Shown one piece after another: positions 53,360-64,000 of a DNA stretch of 64,000 nt (the first letter of the stretch is position 1; every line of letters begins with the position of its first letter). The DNA is from Rhizophagus irregularis (lineage: Eukaryota): assembly GCF_026210795.1 (NCBI RefSeq), contig NC_089432.1, forward strand, positions 744,001-808,000, read 5' to 3'. Below the pieces are notes generated by a model, which was given only the letters and a program-made list of their open reading frames with translations, was not told the origin of the DNA and did not search any database. Position numbers and translations under genes: made by a program.

Positions 53360-55283
53360 AACAGCACTTCTTTTATTTTTTTTTTTAAAAAAAAAAGAAG
53401 AAATTAATTTTTCAACAAAAAAAAAAAACGAATTGAAGTTTTATATTTATTGCAATTTGTGTTACATTCCAATTTGATTTTTTTTTTTTTTTGCATTTTC
53501 TAAAAAAGTCAAAAAAAGAACCGAAATTTTATATATATTTTTATAAGTTACAATGGGAAAATTATCTTATATAAGCCTTATTATTATATATGTATTTAAA
53601 ATAAAATAAAGTCTATCATAAATATATTCGTCAACTCATCCATTATGTAGTTCTGCTTTGTAGAAAATTTTTTTATTTTACTTAAAAGGACCTACAATAA
53701 CACGTGTTGATTGTACTACTATCTATAAAAAGTGAATTAATCTAATATTGTACGATCAACAATCGAACTAAAAAAAATGAAAATAATGCAACGTTGCACA
53801 ATCACTACTGGTTTGTGATATCAATCTCGCATAATAGTATTAGCATCAAATTATTGTCTGATCAGAATAGGATTATAAGGTAATAAAATAAATCTTTTCA
53901 CCCTTGTTTCGCAATTGTTTTGTGGTAATCATTTGTACATTAAATAAACTAAATTTATTTTATATTGTCAAGTCACTCAAGTGATATCAAGCGGGACGAC
54001 ACTTTTCCTTATAAAGAGATAAATAACGAAATAAATGTTTCTAAATTTAATAGAGATTCAAATAAGACTGATGAAACAGTTATTCGACGTCTTAACTTCA
54101 GTATTATTGTATCTTATGCAAGTTATGTAAAAGTGGATATAATAAATTAAATCTCTAGGCAAAAACTAATTAATTTAAATTAAATTTTCATGCATTTATT
54201 ATTTTCCTGTCATTTTATGAATCAAAAAACTTTCTTATTTCAAATATGATTTTATTGGCGCAGTTGCTAAGTACGTTAAGTACGAGGTATTTAAAAATTT
54301 AAAATTTTAGACACAGCAATCTAACATTTATATGGCCATCCTTATCCCAAGAAAAAGTTAAATTATTTTATTTTTATTTTCAGATTCCACGTGAACGAAG
54401 TCACGATACAAATTACAAGGACAAACTATTCGTAAATCGTGAACCAAACCGCCATTACGACAGCGCCACCCTGGTGTCGAAAAATAAACCTGTGGAGGGG
54501 CGTACCTAGGCAAATTTAATATGAAATTTCTAGAATTTGGAACAATTTATGTATAGATAGAAATACCACGTGTTGTTTTATTCATAATTAGAGGTTTCGT
54601 AAAATTAAATTTTGGAGTCATAATTTTCTGTTAGAATAATTCTGGCTTGCATGCATGATTGATAAATTGATTATGAACTTTCAAACATTTTCGACTTGAA
54701 CAAATTTTAAGTAGTTTTTTGGTCTTGCAACATATGCTTTATTCTTTACTACTAACTTAAAAAAAATGTTTATATACAATGAAATCCACCAATTTTAATT
54801 TTCCTTGCGCACACCTTAAAGTCAGCGTAAACAATAATTATTTATGAGTTTAGTAAATATAAATATTTGAATTTTAAAATTTATCATATATGATGACGAT
54901 CACTAACCATGCTATATAAAACACATACTCATATAATCGGTTTATAATAATAATATTTTAATTCTTAACAAATTTTTGTTTCTAAGTTAAATTTTGATGA
55001 TCAAAATATTATATCGCGTGCCTAGTTTAATTTTAATTTCGCCACAATTTTAATACTTACTATACTTAGTTAAACATTTTATTTATTTTTATTTTATTTA
55101 TTTATCTAATCTTACCTATTATGGAAAATTTAAATAATTTGCCAAAATTGAAATTAATCTTTTTTTATATAATTTTGTTGCCGATCTTGAAATCATTCAA
55201 AACATAAAAATAACAGTTTCCCCACTATTTTTTTTTATTTTACAAATTAACATATTTTTTTATTTAATGAATTATTAGTTAAA

Positions 55284-56904
55284 ATGGATGAAATTAAACT
55301 AAGTGATGATGTATTTGAACAAATAAAAAATTTTACTCATTATCTCCTGACTGAAGAACAAAAATCGTTAATTGATAAACTAATAACAGACAAAGAATTA
55401 AATGAACGGTATAAAAAAAATGGGGTATGTAAAAATTGTAAGAAGATTAATGCTAGATCTTTCTGGTGCCAGCCATGTGTTTCTAAACGTTTTCAACAAA
55501 ATTTCAAAAATTGGACAAGTGGAAATCATGACGTTGATGAATTTATTCAAAAAGCACAATTAAAAGCTAAAGATGAAGAACATATTGTAGAATGGATTGA
55601 ATATGATAAATTTGAAGATGTTGTATATTTAGCAAAAGGGGGATTTGGAACTACTTTTAAAGCAGTTTGGAAAGATGGTCCTTATAATAGACGATTGGAA
55701 AGAAAAGGTGAAACAAAAGTTGCTTTAAAGTGTTTACATAACTCACAAGGTATTACGACAGAATTCTTAAAAGAAGTAAGTTATTTTCATTAAATTTAAA
55801 TTAGCTTTTATAAATGTTGAACTAACTATAATTTTCTTTTAAGGTTGAATCAAACATTTTAGTATATAATTCTCGTTGGATAGTTCGTTGTTTTGGTATT
55901 ACCAAAGATCCAAAAACAAATAATTTTATGATGGTAATGGAATTAAAAAATGGTGGTTTAAGACAACATTTGAATAACAACTTCATTTCACTGAATTGGA
56001 AACAAAAGTTGTGTAGTTTAACTGCTATTTTACGTGGTCTTAGTGATATTCATATAAAAGGATTAATTCATCATGATTTTCATTGTGGAAATATATTAAG
56101 CGATTTCGTTGAACTTGCTTTTATTACTGATTTAGGATTAAGTCAACCGGCAAATATCAAATCCTCTCAAAATAATAATAAAAAAATATATGGAGTATTA
56201 CCTTATGTAGCTCCGGAAGTTTTAAGAGGAAAAGAATATACTCAAAAAAGCGATATTTATGGGTTTGGAATCATTGCATATGAAATTTGTACAGGTTTCC
56301 CTCCTTATTATGATATAGCTCATGATGATTTCTTAGCAATGAAAATTTGTAATGGGTTGAGACCAAAGTCTAATTATAGAATTCCTCAATTAATTTTTGA
56401 CATGATTAATCAATGTTGGGATGCAGACCCTTTAAAACGACCTAATGCAGTTGAATTAAATAATTTATTTCTTGATTTATGGAAAGATATCGCTTACAAG
56501 AAAATGGATTCTGTAATTTATGGGCAAGTTAAAGAAGCAGATGATATTAATAAAAAGTTATCTTTTTCATCACCTTTGATATCCACTGGTACTATATCAT
56601 ATAAAACACATCCTCAAGCGGTTTATACAAGTAGACTTTTAGATTTTAATAATCTTCCAGAACAAAAAAATGCCGATAATAATAATGATTTACTTGGAAT
56701 AGAATATTCAGGTAAACATATATAGTTTTCCATAATAATTTAAATTATTTTTACAATTCTAACAAATAATATTTATAGATTCCTTAAAAATGGATTTTAC
56801 TGAACTTGATATTAATTCTAAAGGTAAATTACTCTCGTATGTGATTTTTTTGATTTATTAAATTTTAATTAAAACTATCTTTTATTATAGATGAAAGTAA
56901 TTAA
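55284..56904 (+). CDS. TKL-type protein kinase with N-terminal CxxC..WCxxC segment; exons 55284-55775, 55844-56711, 56779-56823, 56891-56904
   Basis: KGGFG, VALK, HHDFHCGN, TDLG, YVAPE, SDIYGFG; canonical introns. Confidence 0.9.
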
Positions 56905-57836
56905 ACTTGGATTACTTAAAATTAAAGTATAAAAGATTATCGTATTTATTTTATTTGTATTTGTAATTTTGAAATTTGGAGATTAAAAGAATTATTTATG
57001 ATATAAATTTAACAAATCTATATAAATTTCCTAATTTAAACGGTCTTCAGATTGGAGTCCTGCGCAAAAGTTCATATTTTTAAATCCGATCCGGTTCCAA
57101 TATCTTCGTGTTTATTTATTAAAAAATTTTGTATTTACTATTAAGATATATTTTTGTACTGTATTTATTTGTTAATAAAGTTATTTATATTATTTATTAC
57201 TATTTATTAAAATATTATCAATGAATTTATTATTAAAATTTATTTACTAAAAAACCATCAACAACGTGATTTTACTATTATCTATAATTTTATACTCTAC
57301 AAAACAAATAAAATTTATATTAAATTCTCCATATTTTATAACTAGATAATACATATGTTAAATGTTTGATACTTTTTTTGTTCAATTAAATTTTTATAGC
57401 AAAGGATCTGCAGAAAATGGAAATTTGGCGTGGCATCAAATAAAAGTAAATTATTTGAAACTTTGGGACAAATATTATTTATTAAACTATAATATTGTTT
57501 ACCGCCTGCATTACTTTTTATTTTTACGTAAATTTAAATCCTTACAAAGAATTATCAAAATTAATAACGAAACACATTTCCTAATCCGGAATCACTTACC
57601 ATGAATAACAATGCATCCCATCTAAAAAAAGGTTAGCAATATTAACATTTATCAATAAAGTATTAAACGAACATTAAAGTGTTTGAATTCAAATAACAGA
57701 TAATTTCGTTTTATTAATAATGATATTTATTCAAATCTATGGATATTATATAAAATATATGGAAAAAAAATCTAAAAAAAAATAACACATCAAATAATAA
57801 CAAATAAATAATAATATAAAACCCTATAAAAAATTA

Positions 57837-58190
57837 TCAACATTTATCCAGTTCATCAGATGGGAAAATGTTAATACTTTGATCCTTTAATGAATTAATA
57901 ATTTCTAATTCATCATTCGTCCAATTAAATTCACACATATAACCTTTATTAATTCCCAATATCTTTAAAGAATTATGAACTTTTTGATAATTATTTACAT
58001 ATTTTAAATAATCTTTCCTTAAATCTTCTTCCCCCTCAATATAAATAATCCACTTTTTCAAATTTGCTCTACAATTTTTCGTAAAATATTCAAAAGATAA
58101 TAGATCGATATGAAAATCTAAAAATAAATATTCAACAAAATTTAAATAATTACCCAAAGTTTTTAACCAATTGACTAGCATAATATTCAT
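57837..58190 (-). pseudogene. Probable C-terminal fragment of an RNI/LRR-like (F-box-associated) gene
   Basis: 117-aa ORF with LRR-like periodicity (VEYLFLDF, LKKWIIYI, LKILGI) and no evident 5' part. Confidence 0.35.
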
Positions 58191-58838
58191 GATCTATCTC
58201 AATTTTTAAGAGTTTTAATGATGATATTTCACAAATAAGTGTATCTAAATCTTGTTAATATAGATATTAACGTCACGAAGCATTAACCAATATAAATACA
58301 ACACCATACAATATCCATAAAGTATCTGGTCATTAAAAATTTATTATAACGAGGCTTCCATATGACTTTGTCTTCCAAAAAAATTATTTCTTATGTATAT
58401 AATTTTTACTAGTTGTAACGAGCTCAAAATGTGTAAAGATGAAGTGCTAGGCTCCGGCCATCACGTCCGCAATTTTTTATTATAAAAATCTCACATAAAA
58501 ATATGACTAGAAGAAGTATCATAAAGTAAATTTAGAATTTCTTAATATGATTCAACCTAAATTAATTACTTTCACTTCTTTGACCTTCACTTGCAAATAA
58601 AACTATCGTAAACGTAATACTTAATATTCATTTTATAATAGGTATCCTTTATTATTTTATTTAATATATATATTTCTACCAGATTTCTATTATATCGTAA
58701 ATATTTCACATGAAAATTATTTATGGGAGAGTAATTAATAATTAATAATACTAAATAAGTATGTGAAATATATAGATAAAGATCTTGACATAAATAGTAA
58801 TATAATTTGAAATGGAGTAACCGCTTTTTTACAAGTTA

Positions 58839-59001
58839 GGGCAGTGACATATATTAGCTAATATTATTTTAATAGTAACGTTTACTCCCCCAAGATTTTA
58901 TGACCAATCCAATCATTTCACATAGTTTATATTATGTGTAACCTAAGATATTCTTTTACTCCCCCACCCCCTAAAATATTAGCTAATATATGTCATTGCC
59001 C
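58839..59001. mobile_element. Tourist-like (PIF/Harbinger) MITE, 163 bp
   Basis: TIR GGGCAGTGACATATATTAGCTAATATT / AATATTAGCTAATATATGTCATTGCCC; TTA TSD at 58836-58838 and 59002-59004. Confidence 0.85.
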
Positions 59002-59151
59002 TTATGATACACAATGATATAATGATCGACATGTTATTCATGAATGAAATTTTACTGTACTACTGTACTACTACACTTGTAAAACCAGGTTTACTTTTTT
59101 TTTTCATTATTATTATTATTCATAATTTCTACAATTGCTGATAACATCGAA

Positions 59152-59949
59152 ATGCATGCTACTAACGATTCAGATAACGCAGTAAATATATCTGATATAT
59201 ATAATTTATCACATGAAGAATTATCTCAATTTATTCAAAATTTTAAAAAAATGGATATAAAAGAAGTAGAACCTACGACTCAAAATATTAACAAAAATAT
59301 ATGTGAAGAGGATTTAAGTATTGTGATTGATGAATTGGTTAATTTTTATTTCAAGATGGTAAATGAAGGAAAAGAAGACAGTATAAGTAAGCAATATGTT
59401 CTTGATTATATTAATAATCATAAGTTAAATTTACGAGAAATTCATCATTGGCTTTTAAATAATCCAAATGATTCAAATTCTATTTATTTACTTGGATATT
59501 TTAGTTATCATGGAATTGGAACTGATATTAGCAAACACAAAGCACTTGTACTTTATCAAAAAGCAGCAGGATTAGAAAATAATGTAGCTCAGTATAATCT
59601 TGCTAAAATGTATTTGAATGGAGATGGTGTCGAAATAAATCATGTAAAGGTTTTTGATTTATGTAAAAAATTAGCAGAAAAAGAATATTTGGCAGGAATG
59701 AATAGATTAGGATATTGTTACGAGTGTGGAATTGGAACTGATATTGATACGCAGAAAGCATTTGAATTATATCAAAAGGGTGCGAATTTAGGGAATTGTA
59801 AATCTCAATATAATGTTGCTTTGATGTATGAATTTGGAAAAGGGATTGGAAAAGATTTATATTTGGCAAAATATTGGTATAAAAAATCTGCTGATCAAGG
59901 AGATAATTATTCTAAAAAGAGATTAATACTTTTGATTGGAATGTATTAA
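59152..59949 (+). CDS. Sel1-repeat protein (4 repeats), no kinase
   Basis: 265-aa ORF with AQYNLAKMYLNGDGV and SQYNVALMYEFGKGI repeats. Confidence 0.85.
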   Translation: MHATNDSDNAVNISDIYNLSHEELSQFIQNFKKMDIKEVEPTTQNINKNICEEDLSIVIDELVNFYFKMVNEGKEDSISKQYVLDYINNHKLNLREIHHWLLNNPNDSNSIYLLGYFSYHGIGTDISKHKALVLYQKAAGLENNVAQYNLAKMYLNGDGVEINHVKVFDLCKKLAEKEYLAGMNRLGYCYECGIGTDIDTQKAFELYQKGANLGNCKSQYNVALMYEFGKGIGKDLYLAKYWYKKSADQGDNYSKKRLILLIGMY

Positions 59950-61378
59950 TTATATCTTTAAATATTCGATTAATTGCAAATTTATAAATTATTATTCTCA
60001 CATACATGTTTTTTAGACAAAGTACTTTTTTTAATTTAAATTATATTAATTATTTTTAAATTTCATTTTGTGAAATAAATATTTAATTGTTATTCAAAGA
60101 ATACATGTATATTCAATTATGCATACGGTCTTTATATCTATATCACGTGTAATAAATGCTCGATGTTAAAAATTTGGCCATGTACTGTACGTTACTCAGT
60201 AATTGCTTCGTACGATATTCATGAGAGTATTCTTATTCACTTACGTAACTAGATAACTTAGGTCAAACCCAAATTTAATATTTATTTATTTTTTTTCGTT
60301 CAATTTTTTATGCGGAATAGTAAAATTTTGCATGTGCGCTAACACAAATCATACGTTGACGAAAGCGGGTTAGATCGTGTGGATCAGTGGATCACAATCA
60401 ATTTAAATTCGAGTCGGGGCCCAGGTCGACAAAGTACTAACGTTTCTCACTCTATAAACCTTTTTTGTAGATATTTGAATAGGTTGATATTTATTATAAT
60501 CATCAAAGTAAAAATTTCTTTAATTCTCTAGATTTCAAAATATAATGTACTCATACTAATATTTTTAAAAAATATTACAAAATTATATTCACCTAATTCA
60601 CGTTTATTTATTTACGTAGATTTTATATCAGGATAAATAAATAATTAATTAATCAATACAATCACTTTATTCATAAAATCTTTTTTATATTTCAATGATT
60701 TAAACTCCTTCCTTTTATCCTTTCATTCCTTTGGATGATTTATTTATGGAATATATAATTTTTTTTTTTAAACAAAAAAAAGTTTTAGAATTGAATTAAA
60801 CAATATCAGATAATTAATTTATCAAATTAAATAATGTTTAAATATTATGTCAAGAATGGCCATAAATAAATCACGGGTTTGTAATAGAGGATATTAATAA
60901 ATCAAATTAATTCATTATTTGTTAATACTATAAACAAAACTCGTCATGATTTCGAAGCAAAAAAGAGATGACTAAAATTTGCGATTTTATTGGATGACGA
61001 TCACGTGCGAATTTGAATTATCTTTAATTTCTTTTCTGTACACGCTGTTTTTGATTGATTTGCTTGAAGATGCCGAATTTTCCTGTTAATTCAGTTACTA
61101 TTAACTTTTCACATATTTTATATGTCCTTCGCTTCATTCCGTATCGACTAATAATGAACTAAGTTTAATTATTCGGATAATTTCGGATCATCACTTGCTT
61201 ACGGAAATTGCAGGATCCAAAAATTGATTAGCGCTTTATGGTTGTACTACCAGTATTACAAATAAATACGTATTTATTTAAACAATCAATATTAATAAAC
61301 GATTCAATACTCCTTTTTTTTATAGGAAAATTATTTAAAAATTTTCAAATTCCAAATATTTTTTTTTAAAAAATTGAA

Positions 61379-62164
61379 ATGCAAACTATAAATAATAATT
61401 TAAATAATATTAATAAATCAAATATTAATAATTCATTCCATGATAAATTTATTAAAAATTTTAATAAATTGAATATAAAGGAAATAGAACCTACGACTCA
61501 AAATATTAATGAAAATATATATGAAGAAGATTTAGGTATTGTAATTGATGGGTTGATTAATATTTATTCTAAAATGGAAGGAAAAGAAGAAAGTATTAAA
61601 AGAAAACATATTTTTGATTATATTAATAATCATAAATTAAGTTTACAAGAAATTTATAATTGGCTTTTAGAAAATTCAAATGATTCAAATTCTATTTATT
61701 TACTTGGATATTTTAATTATTATGGTATTGAAACTAATATTAATAAACGTAAAGCATTTATTTTTTATAAAAAATCTGCAGAATTAGGAAGTAATATAGC
61801 TCAATATAAACTTTCTAAAATGTATATGGATGGTAAAGGAGTTGAAAAAAATAATAAGAAAGTTTATGAATTATCTAAAAAATTAGCAGAGAAAGGTTAT
61901 TTACCTGGTTTAAATAGGTTGGGATATTGTTATGATTGTGGAATTGGAACTAATGTTAATAAGAAAAAAGCATTTGAATCATATCAAAAAGCTGCGAAAT
62001 CTGGAAATATTGTAGCACAATATAATATTGCTTTGATGTATGAATTTGGAAAAGGAATCGAAAAAGATATGAGTCAAGCAATTTATTGGTACAAAAAATC
62101 TGCTGAACAAGGAGATAAATATTCAAAAATTAAACTAAAATCTCTTTCAAATGTATTAAATTAA
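61379..62164 (+). CDS. Sel1-repeat protein, tandem paralog of 59152..59949
   Basis: 261-aa ORF collinear with its neighbour (EPTTQNIN..EEDL..NDSNSIYLLGYF..ALMYEFGKGI). Confidence 0.85.
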   Translation: MQTINNNLNNINKSNINNSFHDKFIKNFNKLNIKEIEPTTQNINENIYEEDLGIVIDGLINIYSKMEGKEESIKRKHIFDYINNHKLSLQEIYNWLLENSNDSNSIYLLGYFNYYGIETNINKRKAFIFYKKSAELGSNIAQYKLSKMYMDGKGVEKNNKKVYELSKKLAEKGYLPGLNRLGYCYDCGIGTNVNKKKAFESYQKAAKSGNIVAQYNIALMYEFGKGIEKDMSQAIYWYKKSAEQGDKYSKIKLKSLSNVLN

Positions 62165-62604
62165 TTTAGTATTTAAAGTAGTTATATATGTAATTACAAA
62201 TTTATAAAATTATACATAATAGGAAAATCTAAATATTCTATATGTGTGATTAAAATTATTATTTGGTACATTAAATTAAAGTGAACTTAGGAAAAGAAAT
62301 GCCTTATTTCTAAAGGATAAAAATTAAGATAATTAATTATAAATGGTTTTTGTTGATTTAATAAACATTATGATGTAGTTTTCCATAAATGACTTCTAAT
62401 CAACCAATCATTTGTCATTATTTTGATTTTGATTGGTTGGCATAATATCACGTGATATAATTAGGCCAAGTATAATGTAGGCCGGAATTATATAGTGTTG
62501 ACCAGCCTTAATCTCAAATCGGTTTTGGCTACGAAAATGATCGATCACGTGAATTTCGCTGCCTCACGTGACTTAAAGCTAACGATCATTTCCACATTAT
62601 TTGC

Positions 62605-62926
62605 TAGTGCTTCGATCCGTGTACGGATTGATCCGGATTGATCCGGATTAAATCAAAAATCCGGATGTAATCCGCGGTTTGAACCGGATTTCGTCAGATC
62701 CATCCGGATTGCCAGTTTTCGGATAACTTAAAATATTTCCGAAACCAATGATCAGAATTTAACAATTTAAGACATATTTGATAGTGCTTGACGGTGCGCA
62801 TTTAATGGTAGGACTGGATTTTTTGAAATAATTTTTTTTATCCGGATTTTCGTTTAATAACAGTTTTCATCCGGATTAAATTGTTATTCAATCCGGATGA
62901 CGGATTTCATCCGGATCGAAGCACTA
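62605..62926. mobile_element. hAT-like MITE, 322 bp
   Basis: 15-bp perfect TIR TAGTGCTTCGATCCG / CGGATCGAAGCACTA; 8-bp TSD TTATTTGC at 62597-62604 and 62927-62934; internal ATCCGGAT sub-repeats. Confidence 0.9.
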
Positions 62927-63804
62927 TTATTTGCTTTTATCGCTTTATAATTATGCACCATTATTCATATAATTTGCTGCGCCAATATCAAAGGTAAATG
63001 TGATAACACTGAAACGAGAAATATTATAAAAATTAATATTTTTATTACACGAATTTTCTCAATTTTAATAAATTGGATATAAAAGAAATAGACGAATAAC
63101 TAAAACTTAATGCAATATATACAAAAAATAGTTTATGATTGGTTAATCTTCATTTAGTATATTTTTTTTTAGATTATCTTATATATATGGTAAGATTTTT
63201 ACAAAAGATCGATCAGTTTCACGATTTTAGTGCTTACCAATATCGAACAGGCATAAAGTAATTTTTAAATATGAAAGAAAATATTTAATGGTTGGATGCA
63301 TACTGTTATATCTCTCTATCTTTAAAATACTATACAGCAGTTATTGATTATAATGTAATAAAATCAGATTTATTTAATATTAGATAAGTCATAAAAAAAA
63401 AAGAATTATTTAAATTACAAACTAAGAAACCTGTAAACTTTTACTACTCTAGTCTTAGTGTTTAAATAATCCTAAAAAAAAGAAAGAATACATATTGGAT
63501 AAATCATAAAAAAAAAAGAATTATTTAAATTACAAACTAAGAAAATTGTAAAATATTTTACTACTCTAGTCTTAGTGTTTAAATAATTCTTGAAAAAAAA
63601 AAAAATCAAAAATAACTTCTGTTAAATGTATAGTATCACATATAACATAGTAGAATAGTGTTGTAAAGTTTTAAAATTCGTAAATTTAATAAAATAATTT
63701 TTATCTATTTCCGATATCTAAATAATTAAACAAATTACTTTATATAAAAAAATTAACTTTTTTGTACATACAGTATTATATACTTACTCAATGACTACAT
63801 GTCT

Positions 63805-64000
63805 TTAAATCATACAATCTTCAAAACTTTCACTAGCAAAACTAAGTAAGCCACTACAATCCAAGCAATCAGAGTTTTGATCTAAAATTTTGGTAGTTAA
63901 ACGGTTTGTATAATATGCTTGTGGACGAAATTGTATAATAGAAGTTTCAGTTTGTTCTTGCAATAAAGCTTTATTGGCTTTTACAAATTCTTCTATAACA
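63805..64000 (-). CDS. 3' end of another kinase-family gene (partial)
   Basis: Translates to EEFVKANKALLQEQTETSIIQFRPQAYYTNR...DCMI*, homologous to the tail of the 39127 kinase (LEFVEADKALVQEQAGTSIMQYHSQAHYTSR...DCMIED*). Confidence 0.75.
   Translation of the reverse strand, partial: VIEEFVKANKALLQEQTETSIIQFRPQAYYTNRLTTKILDQNSDCLDCSGLLSFASESFEDCMI

Overview
Very AT-rich, intron-containing eukaryotic DNA. The gene content points to an arbuscular mycorrhizal fungus (Glomeromycotina, Rhizophagus-like; an inference): expanded tyrosine-kinase-like (TKL) kinases, Sel1-repeat proteins, BTB, Kelch and NYN genes. The window holds two giant Sel1-repeat/kinase genes (one with a nonsense codon), a kinase-Sel1 gene, two further kinases plus one partial, two kinase-less Sel1 genes, a Kelch-TM gene, a NYN-like gene and a Cys-repeat gene. 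Mobile elements include a LINE 3' end with an abutting non-autonomous partner, a Helitron and several MITEs. The standout observation is the apparent 'satellite' at ~26.3-28.4 kb. It reads as a tandem array of spliceosomal introns separating 19 three-nucleotide micro-exons, one 6-nt exon and one 1-nt exon. Spliced together, these join an upstream ATG in frame, without stops, to a kinase domain, making it a candidate combinatorial micro-exon diversification system. All exon structures were inferred by eye and need RNA confirmation.
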